Origin: Octopus sinensis
Lineage: Eukaryota
Direction: 5' to 3'
Assembly (NCBI RefSeq): GCF_006345805.1
Contig: NC_043006.1
Span: forward strand, 67,642,001 to 67,706,000
Length of the DNA stretch: 64,000 bases
The notes beneath the pieces are model-generated. The model saw only the letters and a list, made by a program, of their open reading frames with translations. It had not been told where the DNA came from and did no database searches. Below are positions 12,974 through 26,607 of the stretch, one piece after another. The stretch's first letter is position 1. Every line of letters begins with the position of its first letter. The translations under genes were made by a program, and so were the position numbers.

Positions 12974-13180
12974 TTTATTAAAAAACAGCAAAAATATCAC
13001 AAAAACTGTTACTCAGAGTTTCACGTTCCTGTTCATCCAAACTGTCCAACGAACGGGAAGATGAAACTCTGAGTAACAGTTTTTGTGATATTTTTGCTGC
13101 TTTTTAATAAAGCATATTACTCTACCTCTGGTATTCCAGTACTATTTTTTCCACCTTGTTTCACATTTTTCTTACTCTGG
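12974..13180 (+). mobile_element. Fold-back element (~50-60 bp arms) with degenerate minimal hammerheads, probable Penelope-like terminus
   Basis: 12974-13023 is the reverse complement of 13062-13111, and the element is flanked by TA/TG microsatellites. A related inverted fragment lies at about 36747-36835. Confidence 0.7.
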
Positions 13181-13229
13181 TATATATGTGTGTGTGTGTG
13201 TGTGTATGTATATATATATGGAAAAGGAT

Positions 13230-13556
13230 AAAGACACCTTTTGGTCATGAATGACCATGAGATTGCACCTAGTTACACTCTGAGGCACAAGTCCGGGCAA
13301 GGTTGTTTATGGAAGACCAGCAGTCACCCATGTATACCAGTCTCCCATCTCCATGCCACCGATGTTATCCAAGGGAAGGGCAAAGGCTGATACAACTTGG
13401 TACCAGTGATGTCACAACTCATTTCTACAGCTGAGTGAATAGGAGCAACATGAAATAAACTGTCTTGCTCATGAACACAATGCACAGCCCTGTCTGGGAA
13501 TCGAACTCAGTACTACATGATTTTGAGCCCAATTCTCTAACCACTTAGCCATGCTT
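13230..13556 (-). mobile_element. tRNA-headed SINE (family C)
   Basis: Reverse complement of the copy at 14831-15170. Confidence 0.85.
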
Positions 13557-14830
13557 CTTTGTCATGTCACCTGTCAACAGCTCATCTGCTGGCTTTGCAC
13601 CTTTAAAAACATGTGGAATAAGAGTTCCTCTTACTTGAAAAGCGGGTAAAGGTTAGCAACAGGAATGACATCTGATTGTGAAACATTGGTTCAACAATAT
13701 GCTCATCTAACCCTTACCTGCATGGAAAAATGGACATAAAAAAATTTTAAATGACCCAAGGCAAAAATGGACAAATGAACTCACTAAATAAATATCTTAA
13801 ATTTGGTAAATTAAATCTTTCTCAGCTACAAAAGAAAAAAAAAACCCCTGAAAGCGGCATGTTTGATTAATATGTTGGAACTCTTAGTTCTGCTACCATC
13901 ACCAAATCCTCACTGGTATGCATGAGCCTCTACTAGTTGGTCATGGTCAGTTAGTGCACTGTTAAAAATTATAGCCATATCTCTCCACTACTCACACCCT
14001 ACCATCTTAAATGGGGAGGGTATTTGGATGGACATTTTGGTCCCAGATATACAAAACGACAAGATGGCCACAGTTGGTTTGTCATCGATTGTAGATCTGT
14101 TCAGCCACACCTGCAACACTCGGATTTCTATTTACTTACTGAAAAATGACATTTCACTCTGCCAATTGACCGAGAGTTACTTTGACAAACCATGAGTTGC
14201 AAATTTTTCTGGCTGACCTCAGTTAAACATGTACACACGCACATTTATAACCAGGTTTACGCACACGCACATCACATATATTCACGAACCCTTCACACAT
14301 TCTCACTCACTCACTCTGTCGCACACCCACACTCCCTTCTACACTCACCTTCTTGCTCTCACACACACAGTCTTCATTATATTCTATATATTTAATGAGT
14401 TTTCTTGCGTCTTATCAGTTTCTTTTAGACACCTACATATACACATCTATATACACATGCACAGAAACTTACACACACACACACACATATATACACACAT
14501 ATAGTGCGTGTATGCAGTATTATATTGCATTGATGGGACATTGATGTTTACGATGAAAATAACATCAGTTGATGTTGATGACTGAATGACCATTGTGTGT
14601 GTGTAACTGTGTTTGGCCACACACACGGCGGTGTTGGTGGTGGTTCTGTCAGTTGTGAAATTCACAACAGATGGAAACTTTATTTTAGCATTTCCTTGTC
14701 AGCTATACTGCGCGCGTGAGAGAGAGAGAGAGAGAGAGTATGAGTACATGCATCTATACATGTGTTTGTATGTGAGCTTGTAAGTGCATGTGTACCTGTC
14801 TATAATTTGCGTGTATCTATGTATATAGAT

Positions 14831-15170
14831 GTGAAGGCACATGGCTCAGTAGTTAGAGCGTCGAGCTTACGATCGTGAGGTTGTGAGCTCGAATCCCGGA
14901 TGACCGGGCTGCGTGTTGTGTTCTTGAGCAAGACACTTTATTTCACGTTGCTCCAGTTCACTCAGCTGTAGAAGTGAGTTGCGATTTCACAGGTGCCAAG
15001 GTGTATTGGCTGTTGCCTTTCCCTTGGATAACACTGGTGGCATGGAGAGGGGAGGCCGGTATGCATGGGCGACTGCTGGTCTTCCATAAACAACCTTGCC
15101 TGGACTTGTGCCTGGGAGGGTAACTTTCTAGGTGCAATCCCATGGTCCGTGTCATGACCGAAGGGGGTCT
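14831..15170 (+). mobile_element. tRNA-headed SINE (family C), full length
   Basis: TGGCTCAGTAG A-box, GAGCTCGAATCCC B-box, body TTGAGCAAGACACTTTATTTCAC..., end CCGAAGGGGGTCT. Confidence 0.88.
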
Positions 15171-17037
15171 CAGAATGTATATAGACATATATGGATGTGC
15201 AGGTGTTTGTGCAGATATGTCTTTTGTGTATGGTTTTGTCATTTGTCATCATCGCTGTTATCATTGTTGCCATCACCATCGTCATCGCCGCCATCACCAT
15301 TTCCACCGTAGCAACCACCACCACCTCATTCCACAGTGGACCTTTCTTATGCTCCATCTTTTCTAAATATATTTAGACATTGAGTATATATATGTATCTG
15401 CCAGATCAAGATTGGAGCCTGGTGCAGCCGTCTGGTTTGCCAGTCCTCAGTCAAATCGTCCAACCCATGCCTGCATGGAAAGAGGACGTTAAACAATGAT
15501 GATGATGATATATACATTCATGAACACCATTGTTTTCAACTCCTTTATTGTTATTTAAGCTTGGGTTAGTAGCCCTTATTCAACAAACCTATGATCAAGG
15601 GTACCAGGCTGTGACCATCCTGTCTTTTAGTCAGCCATGGTGTATCTAAGACTACATTATCCAATGTGTCCTCTTGTTTTTTTTTTTTTAGAGGGTAGGG
15701 TATGGTTTCAAAGTATAGGTGCTAAAATGACTGTGTGGTAAGAAGTTTGCTTCCCAACCACATGCTTCCGGGTTCAGTCCCACTGCCTGGTACCTTGGGC
15801 AAGTGTCTTCTACAATAGCCTTAGGTCAACCAGTCTTGTGAGTGGATTTGGAAGACAGAAACTAAAAGAAACCCATTATGTGTGTATGTGTGTGTGTCCC
15901 ACCACTTGATAAGTGGTATTGATGTGTTTACATTCCCTGTAACTTAGCAGTTTGGTAAAAGAGACTGATAAAATAAGCACCAGGCTTTAAAAAAAAATAA
16001 TTCTTGAAGGTGGTACTCCAGCTAGACGACAGTCTAATGACTGAAACAAGCAAAGGATAAGGTACTTGGTTGCTATTTCTAACAGTTTGAATTGTAGTCA
16101 TTAATTCCAAGTCTTCACTAATCCAGTGGAGCGATCACCCAACATATCAACTCTGATGAACATCCTGTGGGTTTTTTTTTAATTAGCATATCTGGGATTA
16201 CATTATCTAATGTGTCCTTTTTTCTTATCTGACACTAGGGTGTTATTTGAGGGAGATTTGCCTGTAGTTTCTTGCAGACCTAGTGGCCACCAGATGCTCA
16301 GTCATTGTTGTATTAACATCAGGTTTCTTGTTGGTTTCTCTATGCTGACAAGAGTTCAACAGGTCTATTACGCATATCTATTCTCTTTCTCTCTCTCACA
16401 CACACACACACTGATTCATATAACCCAATCTATACTTATACACACTCACACTAATACAAACACAGACACACTTGGACTGACAATGAATCTACACACATAC
16501 ACACCTAATGAATGCATTCATTGTGTCATAGCAAAAACTTCAATCTGTCCTTCTTCAGTTGGGAGAAGGAAGAGGAGGAGATATCTGTGGCGTTGGATAA
16601 AGACATTTTGGTTGATATGATAGACAACGTATGGGAGATTGAGAGTAAATGAATGCAACAGCATAACCACTTCCCCCTCTGGCTACCACCACCACCACCA
16701 CCACCACCACCAGTACATCATTATGTTCATTACCTCTATCACCAGTCCATTTCTAGCATAACAGACACATTGTGTGAATTACCAACAGCCTATCCCCTCT
16801 CTTCCCTCTTTGATACACAATATATATGTGTGTGTATGTATATACTTGCACAGGCACACTCACTGCTTATGTTTGTGTGTGTGTGTGTGTGTGTGTATTT
16901 GTCTGTCTCATCATAATCAGATGTATCACTGTGGTTCTACATCACCAACCATCAATGAAATATGTTGTAAGAAGTTTTTCTAGTTGTCCAATGGTGAGTG
17001 ACACCACCCAAAAAAAAACACCATTACATTAGCCATT

Positions 17038-17081
<44 letters not shown>

Positions 17082-19724
17082 AACCTCAGAACTCAGCTGT
17101 GCGTATGTTCTGTAGCATTAGAATAGGTTAATTAACGACATGTCTGTGTCATTGTGTCATTGTAGGTTATTTAACAAAAGAGTGGTTCAGCAAGATTGAG
17201 CGTTGTCTTTAACTTGTACTTTTGGTGCCATTCACTCGAAGTGGGTTGTGCCAGCTCCAACCATCAAGTCCTGTTTGGGAGTTTCAGTGGAAATACAAGT
17301 TCAATATGTCCCTGGTCACATGCTTACACACTTTGGGATAGTGTGATCCATGGCAGCTCATCTTGCTGATAATAGTTGACTGTCGCAGAGGATTCACTGA
17401 CCAAGTCACTGCTGATTGTTGGAACAGATGTAGCCTATATTTGAAGCAATGAGCATTGAGGATGATATCCAGCTCAGTGTCACAGCATCTGACTCCACAA
17501 AACTCATGCTGTTGTTTAGGAGTTCTGTTGTCTACAATGGTAAGTGGCTCCAGGCAGCTCTGGTATTTGTGGTGTAAAAAGCCAAAACCCCTGCAATGTT
17601 ACTTCATCCACTAATTAGGCATTGATTCTTGCATTCAGAGACAGAGTACAACAGCTCCCTCAGTACAAGAGTGTTCACCCTAAAATAGTCATAAGGTCCT
17701 TAGTGACCCTATCAGTGCTGGTGCCATGTGAAAGGCAGCGGCGCTGTGTAAAAAACCACCCATTACTCTAAAAAGTGGTTTGCATTCAGAAGGGCATCCA
17801 GCTGTAGAAACCATGCCAAAACAGTAAATGAAACCTGATGCGACTCCTGGCCTTGCTGGCTCCTGTCAAACGATCCAGCCCATGCCAGCATGGAAAACTG
17901 TATTGTTAAATGCTGATGATTATGACAATTGTCACCTGTCTCCAAGTCACAGTACCATATCATACATAAACTTCTGCACTTTTACCTGCATCGTCTGCTG
18001 CATCAGTTGTATTTTGTGCCCTTTGCACAAAACAAGCAGCCACTCTGCTGGCTGCTTTTGCAAAGTGTTCTACTACATATTTCAAGCCAGCCTTAACTGA
18101 CCAGTCAATTTGCCTCTTATCAATGTCCAGTATTTCTGCCAACTGTAGATTTGCTCATTCAACAAAGCATAAAGGACAACCTCTCATGTCCAACCTCAAA
18201 ACCATGGTGTCAATGGGTTTTAAAGATTGTTTCTCCTCACTCCACTCCTCCAAACCCTTGAGATACAATAATTCCTGCTTAATCTTTATCCTGTGGCACT
18301 AGGTCATAAATTACAGAGAAGGGTATTACTGATGATATCAACCCGAATACACAAAATGAAGATGTGTGGCTTAGTGGTTAGGGTGTTCCTGTAATCATGG
18401 TTTCAGTTCCTGGACTGAGCAATGCATTGTGTTATTGAGTAAAACACACCCTTTTATGTTGTTCCAGTTCATTCAGCTGTAAAGAGTAACCCTGCAATGG
18501 ACTGTTGCTCCATTCTGACCCTTTAACACTATAAAAACCAAGTTACTGGCCCCACGAGTTTGACTCAGGACAGTAATGTCCAGGCATTGCTGATGATGAA
18601 CACACAGTTGGCACTTATTTAGTCAACCCTAGAATGTATAAATAAGTTGATACGTGTTGGATTTGAACCCCCTAAGCTAAAGTAATATCACTAGATACAG
18701 CTAGAAATGTTGTCTGATGTTTTAAATATTCTGTCACCCTCGTCTGCCTTTATGTTCTGAGTTCAAATTCCGCCGAGGTCGACTTTGCCTTTCATCCTTT
18801 CAGGGTCAATAAATTAAGTACCAGTTGCATACTGGGGTTGATCTAATCGACTGGCCCCCTCCCCCAAAATTTCGGGCCTTGTGCCTAGAGTAGAAAAAAA
18901 AAAAAGAATTCTGTCACCCGTTGATCTTTTATGGTGATGAAGATCATAATGATAATGGCTTCTAACATATGCATATATGGCAGTGAGCTGGCAGCATCAT
19001 TAGCACAAAATCCTTCTGGGTGTTTGTGTTCTGGGTTCAAATCCTGCTGAGGTCGACTTTCTTTCATCCCTTCAGTATGGTACTTATAAGCCTGGTACTT
19101 ATTTTATCAGTCTCGATTGATGAACTGCTAGCATACAGGAATGTAAACAAACCAACACTAGTTGTCAAGAAGTGGGAAGGGCAAACACAGATACACATGT
19201 GCACATACACAACTGGCTTCTTCCCATTTCCATCTACCAACATTACTCACAACATGGGGCTATAGTAGAAGACACTTGTCCAAGGTATCGCTTAGTGGGA
19301 CTGAACTCAAAACCACATGGTTGCAAAGCAAGCTTCCTAGTCACACAATCATGCCTGTGTCTATAATACTGTGGGCTTCATGGAAGCAATGACTGAGACC
19401 TTGGGCATTATCTCATGCTTGAGAAGACCCATTGAGCCAAGCAAATTCACAGTCATTGAAAGTACTGGTGTCACACAAATGCTGGTGGCACATAAAAGCA
19501 CCTGTTACACTCTCAGAGTGGTTGGTGTTAGGAAGGGTGCCTAGCTGTAGAAAACCATGCCAGATCAGACTGGAATCTGGTGCAGCCTTCCAGGTTACCA
19601 GCCCTGGTCAAACCATCCAAACCATGCCAGCATGGACAACGGACGTTAAATGATGATTAGAACAGTGGTTCCTAACCTGTGGTCCGCAGACCCCTGGGGG
19701 TCCATGAACTAAATTAAAAATTTC

Positions 19725-19761
<37 letters not shown>

Positions 19762-20334
19762 TAGATACATGAGGATAAGCTTATTAAAAGGGATCCATGG
19801 GAAAAGTTGTTTAAATGAAAGGGGTCCTTGGTAGTGAAAAAGTTCTTCAATAATAATATTGTCACAAGAGCAATGAACAAGGGAATTTAAGAGGGATAGT
19901 TTACAAAATGTGTGAGGGAAAGGTTTCGAAAGAAATCGGAAAAAATGGAAAGAAAATGATAGACTACATTCTTCAAATATGTGCTACAATAACTACTAAA
20001 ATACTCTTAACATAATATTTCATTATCAATGACTTTGTGTGTTGTTTTTCCTTGTGCCAAAAAGAAGTTTGTAAGAATTATATCAAAAGACCTAATCTAA
20101 AAGACTGCCACAATTCAATACATTGATTGGTTATTGAAAATTTCCAATACAGATTACTATTGACCTGTGTGATGATAGTCTCTTTTTGGCGAATTTTTTG
20201 CATTTCTTTTTGGTGGCGGGTTTTGTTTCTTTTGGAGATATTTTTTGTTTCTTCAGGTTTTTTTTTTTATTGTAAGACAAATTGTATGTCTCCAGTTTAT
20301 ATAGAACACTTTTATTGTTATTATTAGATAGGGG

Positions 20335-20980
20335 AAGGCAGTGAACTGGCAGAATTGTCAGAATGCTGGACAAAATACTTGTGGCATTTCATCTGTCTTT
20401 ACATTCTGAGTTAGGTCGACTTTACCTTTCATTCATTTGAGGTCGATAAAACAAGTACCAGTTGAACACTGGAGTCAATGTAATCGACTTACCCCCTCCC
20501 CCAAAATTTCAGGCCTTGTGCCTATAGTAGAAAGGATTATTAGATGGGTGAAAGTGGTAAGTTAGCTGGATTGTTAGTACGCTGGGTAAAATGCTTAGCG
20601 GCATTTCGTCTGTCTTTACATTCTGAGTTCAAATTGCCCCTGAGGTCGACTTTACCCTTCATCCTTTTAGGGTTGATAAAACAAGTACCAGTTGAACACT
20701 GGGGTCGATGTAATTGACTTACCCCCTTCCCCCGAACTTGCTGGCCTTGTGCCAAAATTGGAAATCACTATTATTTGATGGGGCATTGGCAGTTGTCAGA
20801 GCACCAAGCAGAATGCTTAGCAGTAGTTGTTCTAATTCTTTACATTCTGAGTTCAAATCCTGTAGCGGTCAACTTTGCCTTTTATCCTTCAGGGTCAGTA
20901 AAATAAAGTATCAGTCAAACCCCAGGGTTGATGGTATCGATCCTTTTCCAATGTTCAAAACTACTAGCATTGTTCCTAAA
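20335..20980 (+). mobile_element. Three head-to-tail SINE copies (family B)
   Basis: Repeated TTCTGAGTTCAAAT..GAGGTCGACTTT.CCTTTCATCC..GATAAA..AAGTACCAG modules separated by ATT-rich tails. Confidence 0.85.
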
Positions 20981-23900
20981 TTAAGGGCTAGCATGACTGT
21001 GTGGCTAGGAAACTTGCTTTTTAACCAATTCCACTGTGTGAATCTTGCATTATCTCATGATTTTGAGATTTTGATGATGTGAATGTTTAGTTTTAGAACA
21101 ACAGGCCTAAGAGGCCAGATCTGGCTGGTTTAAACATAAGCAGTAGAATATTTGGGTTAGATACGTTTGGTTTATATGCTAAAGGATTAAACCACCACTT
21201 GGCACCTTAGGTGACTTTGGAACCTTCCCTGTTACCAGTATTTGGATCTGGTTCCTGATTTGAGGATACCTTCCTCTGTCTCCCACCCACTAGTCTCAGA
21301 AGCCCTGTAAAGGGTTATGAATCCTGCTTTCCCTCTCAAATGAAACTGGACTTAATATTTTAGGAAAACAATTTGTATGTTTTTTTAGTTAGCTAGATTC
21401 TTAATGTGAACTCATGTGTTGAAATATATTTTGTTCTCTCTTGGGAGGATCATTATGCCAATATAAACACAGGCACTGGTTTTATTTCACTTCTTTATTT
21501 TTATTAGTTATTTGGTTAACTATTTGAGCAATTGTTCAGTCAATCAATTAGATTTGTCAAAATCCTTTCTTTGCCATTTGCAATTTCATCAATGACACAC
21601 CTCTACTCCAGGTCAGCCTTCAGATTGATATGAAAATAAGATAAGGATATTTGTTTTCAAGGGTAAAAAAAAAAAAAAACCCCTGAAAAAGGTTGGGCAA
21701 AATCAAGCAGACAGACTTCTCCAGATATTTTTGTACTGTATCTAGGACTATATATTCCACATTTGCCTTTTAAAATAGTAGGGTGTGATTTGATTGATGT
21801 ATGGCTACTATTTCTAGTAGATTAGTGACCAGGTACAAGTTCTCTCATTATGTAACCTCTTTGTGCGTGTAAATGCAAATTTCATGTTGATAAAAATGGA
21901 GATTTTGTGCATTTGCATGCATCACCATCATCATTTGACATATATTTTCCTGGCTGATATGCATATCAAAACAAAAACTGGCACAAATTTGGTGCATTAT
22001 ATATAATCTAAAAAAAAGACAATTTAGAAAACAAACAATATTGAAACTTGAAACAGTATTAAACAAAAAATAAAATGTAAATAAAAAAAGCTAGATTTGA
22101 TATGATAATTTTTGCTTTCTTCCTTTCATTTGACATCTTTTTTCCCTATACTTAAGGCAGGATTTTTCTTAACAGATACCTTTCTTTGCCACCAACCTTT
22201 TAACTATTTTTTAGATGGGGGATATTTTTTTTATTCTATAGGGATTTGAAAATGCACCGCTAAAGGGCAGCAGCTGCAGTGATGTCATCACCTATAGCAG
22301 AAGCTTACCATATATTGTAAACATTCACACACATACGCTAATAGATGCAGACCTAGCTGTGTGGTTTCATGTTCAGTCCTACTGTGTGGCACCTTGGGCA
22401 AATGTCTCTTACATATAGCCTCAAACTAATCAAAACCTTGTCAATAAATTTGGTAAACAGAAACTGAAGGAAGCCTATCGTATGCGTGTATATGTGCATA
22501 TTTATTTGCATGTGTGTTTGTATGTATTTATATCTTCCTCCTAACATCATGTAATTGTTGTCTATGAATGCCATTCATTTTTGATATTCTGTGAAAACAT
22601 TTCGGGCCATAGGGTAATATTACCTAGATGGGTTGGTAACAGGAAGAAAATCTGCTTTAATAAATTGTCTGACCCATGCAGGCATGGAAAAGTAAAAGTT
22701 AGTGATATTTTGTACACACATATACATACACTTCTTTTAGTTTCTGTTTAACAAATTGTCTCACAGGGTATTGGTCAGATGGAGCTATAATAAAAGACAC
22801 TTGCTATATTTCTAATTAACTTATATTAAAATTGGAAATTATGAAATTTTACTTTGAGCCAAAATTTTTAGTTTTACTTAGTAAAGCTACATAAGCATCT
22901 TTACTATAATGAAGAAAGCTACTTATTAGTTAGCTATAAGTTTTTTATTAAAAGAAAGCAATTATTTAAATCTACATTGTGTAGAAAATTCTTTAGAAGG
23001 TCCTAATTTTTATATTTTTATCAAAATGTGATTTTTGAGATCTTTTATTGAAGATGTCAATAAACAAATTTTAATTCATTTTGAGATAGGTTTTTTTTTT
23101 CTTGTAAATTTTACCCTGAGATGGTCATAAAAATAAAGAAGTTTGCTGGTGATTACGGATATACAAAAGAAGGTTCCAAACATGGGCCTGCTGACCCATG
23201 AGTGTCAACATGTTTCAGACTATAAGAAATGCTGTAAAAGAGATGGAATGATTGTAAATTAAATTTGCATTTTATTACTCTTTCAGCTCCTCATTAGAAA
23301 TGAGCCTTGTCATAGTTGTAGTGTAACTCCACCCTGCTCAATGTCATTTATGTTACTGGCGTTGACCCAGTTTTCTTTTTATTTCTTTAAGAAGACATGC
23401 AAATAAAACAAAGATACAATTCAGGTTGTCTTTCATTAGAAAATGATACTCTTTTTGTTTTTCAATTGAGATATCACTCTGGTCTACTAAATAGGGGTCA
23501 GTGTGTATGTAGGAGTAAGCATGGCGGTGAGGATGTCGACAAGATTATTTTTGAACATTAGACATACATAAGTCTGTTCTGTGTGTGTAGGTGTACAGGT
23601 GAATGATTGTGTGTGTGTGACTGAATATCACCAACACCAAATAGATTTTCTTTAAAAATTTTGTTAACATTTCCTTGAATGTGTGTCTGTCTGTGGTGGT
23701 GGTGGTGGTGCATGTTGTTTAACCTTGGATCAATCTTGATTGAGAAGACTTATGATTAAGGGTGTTTTGGCCTTGACCAATGTTGTTTTGGGGCATATTT
23801 ATATGACCAAATACAGGTGTGATTTGAGAAAGATTTAGTGAAGGCAGTGGTTGTTATTTAACCATAAGAGCAGACCTGTGATCAAGCTGTAATTATTCTG

Positions 23901-24744
23901 TTTTTTAACCTTGAGCGAGGAACTCTGGACCACATTATTTGAAAAAGACAGTTAAAGGTTGGTGACAGGAAGAGCATCTATCCATAAAAATCTCGCATCA
24001 GGCATCTCCCCTGTCACACTCTTTTTAAATGAATGGAAGAAAACAAAAATGAAATCATCAAATCGAAAAAGTGTCTTTTCTTATTCTATGTATCAAGTGG
24101 ACCTCTTTTGTCTTACTGAGAATATGACAACCTCTCTAAAGCTGGTGCCATAATAAAGTACTGTATTTGATGGCATAAAAAATGCACAGGCATATTAGAT
24201 GTATCCCAATTTCAGCAGCACATGTCAGGAAAAAAGTGATTGTCAGGGACAATGTTAGCTTATGGGAGGCTCAACTTTACATAAAAGATCTGAAGTGATT
24301 TTTTTTCTTTTTCAATATCACTTTTTGAAAAAAGTGTCTTATGCCATAAAAGTGATTGGTGAGAGGAACAATATCTAAGCATGGAAGCCATACAAGAAAG
24401 GCACAAACAAGTAAGCTGTGGTTCCTCCAATCCATCAAAAGAGGGCAGTAACACATGCCAGCATGGAAAATAGTTGTGAAATGATGATGATGATATATGT
24501 AAGGCTCTGTTGCTGCATTTAATAACTGAAAGTTTAAGTCACAATGTTGAAACTTTAACTGCAGATGAACCTGCAAGGGAGCTTTCTATATAGTCACACA
24601 AGCTGCTAGAGGTAGTAGCTAAATCTCTTTCTAGTCATGACTAGAAATAAAGGACAAGTCACTGGCATTACTAAAGTAACACTTCAATAAATGTAACAGT
24701 TATAGTTTTATTTCATTTTGTTGCTTCACCCTATCTCAGCCCTC

Positions 24745-24784
<40 letters not shown>

Positions 24785-25071
24785 GATAAAGCTACTTTCC
24801 GAGTTATATAGAACCATATGGTCAGTTTCCCTGTTTTCAGGTCGTATATATTCCTTGCCTGGACAGGATGCTGGTTCATCACTGGTTTACTTATTTTTGC
24901 CATCCAAGTGGACTGGGACAATGTGGAAATGAAGTATCTTGCTCAGGGGCATAATGCATTGTACAGTTCAAGAATTAAAACCACAATCTTAGGATGATGA
25001 AACAGCATGACCACTAAGCAATGTGCCTCCACTTGATCAAGAAGACCTTTGAGCAAAAGCAATCCAGGTGT

Positions 25072-25410
25072 AGGTGTGTGGTAAGTAACTTGCTTACCAA
25101 CCACAGGGTTCCATGTTCAATCCCACTGCATGGCACCTTGGGCAAGTATCTTCTACTATAGCCTCAGGCCGACCAAAGCCTTGTGAGTGGATATGGTAGA
25201 CGGAAACTGAAAGAAGCCTGCTGTATATATATATATATATATATGTATATGTTTGTGTGTCTGTTTGTCCCCCCAACATTGCTTGACAACCGATGCTGGT
25301 ATGTTTACATCCCCATCACTTAACGGTTTGGCAAAAGAGCCGATAGAATAAGTACTAGGCTTACAAAGAATAAGTCCTGGGGTTGATTTGCTCGACTAAA
25401 GGCGAAAGAG
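25072..25410 (+). mobile_element. CORE-type tRNA SINE (family A); other copies about 15730, 26635, 35015, 51203, 52770, 53848 (+) and 19200, 50560-50922 (-)
   Basis: GTGTGGTAAG.AGCTTGCTT.CCAACCAC..GGTTC head, CCTTGGGCAAGTGTCTTCT core, internal TA/TG tract, shared 3' tail. Confidence 0.88.
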
Positions 25411-25448
25411 ATTTAGCTGCTATTTCTTGCATGCTGAGCAATCATGTA

Positions 25449-25715
25449 CAGGCCTGGCCAACTCGAAAATTAAATTGTGGGCTACTTTAATTACAGTTTT
25501 TTGAGGGTCACTTTTATACTGACAACTGAAAGCATTTTGAAAGCATTATGCTATTACAATATTATCGTTGCAAAAATAGTATCTTTCTCTTCTATTTTTC
25601 ATTACAATCTTTAATTTTTGATAAAACTTCTTTAAATGTTTGTTAAAATAAACCCATTTCCAGAAAGTATAAGCGGGTTGCATGTGGCCTGTGGGCCCCA
25701 ATTTGGCCAGCCCTG
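25449..25715. mobile_element. hAT-type MITE
   Basis: Terminal inverted repeats CAGGCCTGGCCAA / TTGGCCAGCCCTG. No clean 8-bp TSD. Confidence 0.55.
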
Positions 25716-26576
25716 ATGTAATAGCTCTCTCTGTTGACTAATTCTCATTTCAGTTGGTACTGGCGGCAGCGACGGTGGTGATGGTGGTGGTTATAACGTG
25801 AAGTGTAGATAATAGGAAGCGGGTGTAGTAAGGATAACTCTAATGGTGGTGAAGGTTTGATGTGGAGTGGGTGATGGTATTGAGTGGGGGAGAGAGTAGA
25901 AAGTAAATTTGAAAATTTTTTTTTTAATGTTTTTTTTTTCATTTATTGCAACTTTATTAATTAAATATGTTACTTTGTTTAACATTTACACATGTACTCT
26001 GAAATTAGTTTTCATTTAGTCATCTATACACACATACACACAATGTACTTGTTTACATATGTGCACTCGCAAATGCACATGTAGCCATGTAATTAAACTG
26101 TACACACATGCTTACACACTCTCACATATATGGAGCAGACAGACTCATATATACACCTACAAGTAGACATACATAGCCACATGCTCACATACATTTCTCA
26201 TTAGTTCCAGAAACTTTCAGGTTAATGATATAAGCTCAGTGTGTTGTAGGTGTGAGTCAGTTTGACTGACAGTGATAATGATGCTGATGGTGGCCTGCAT
26301 GGCAATGATGGAAGTGGGTGAGCATCTCAGCTTCTTGATTCACTGTTACCTGGACACTGCTGTGAATGTGTGTGTGTGTGTGTGTTGCTTCTAATGAAGT
26401 TGCGATTGCTTTGTTTTTTTAGTCATGGTGTTTTAGATATTATTTATGAATACATACCGTAGCAATGCGGGCACACGCATAAACACTTAGCATTACATTA
26501 TTTATACACATATACACATGGCCTTTCAGTCATCTTACACTCACACACAAACACACATCATGCTTATGTACTCCTC

Positions 26577-26607
<31 letters not shown>

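Noticed and set aside
17170-18240. Non-repetitive-looking segments with a 60-aa minus-strand ORF and faint Tc1-like words
   Set aside because: No recognisable motif can be supported by eye; needs a translated search.
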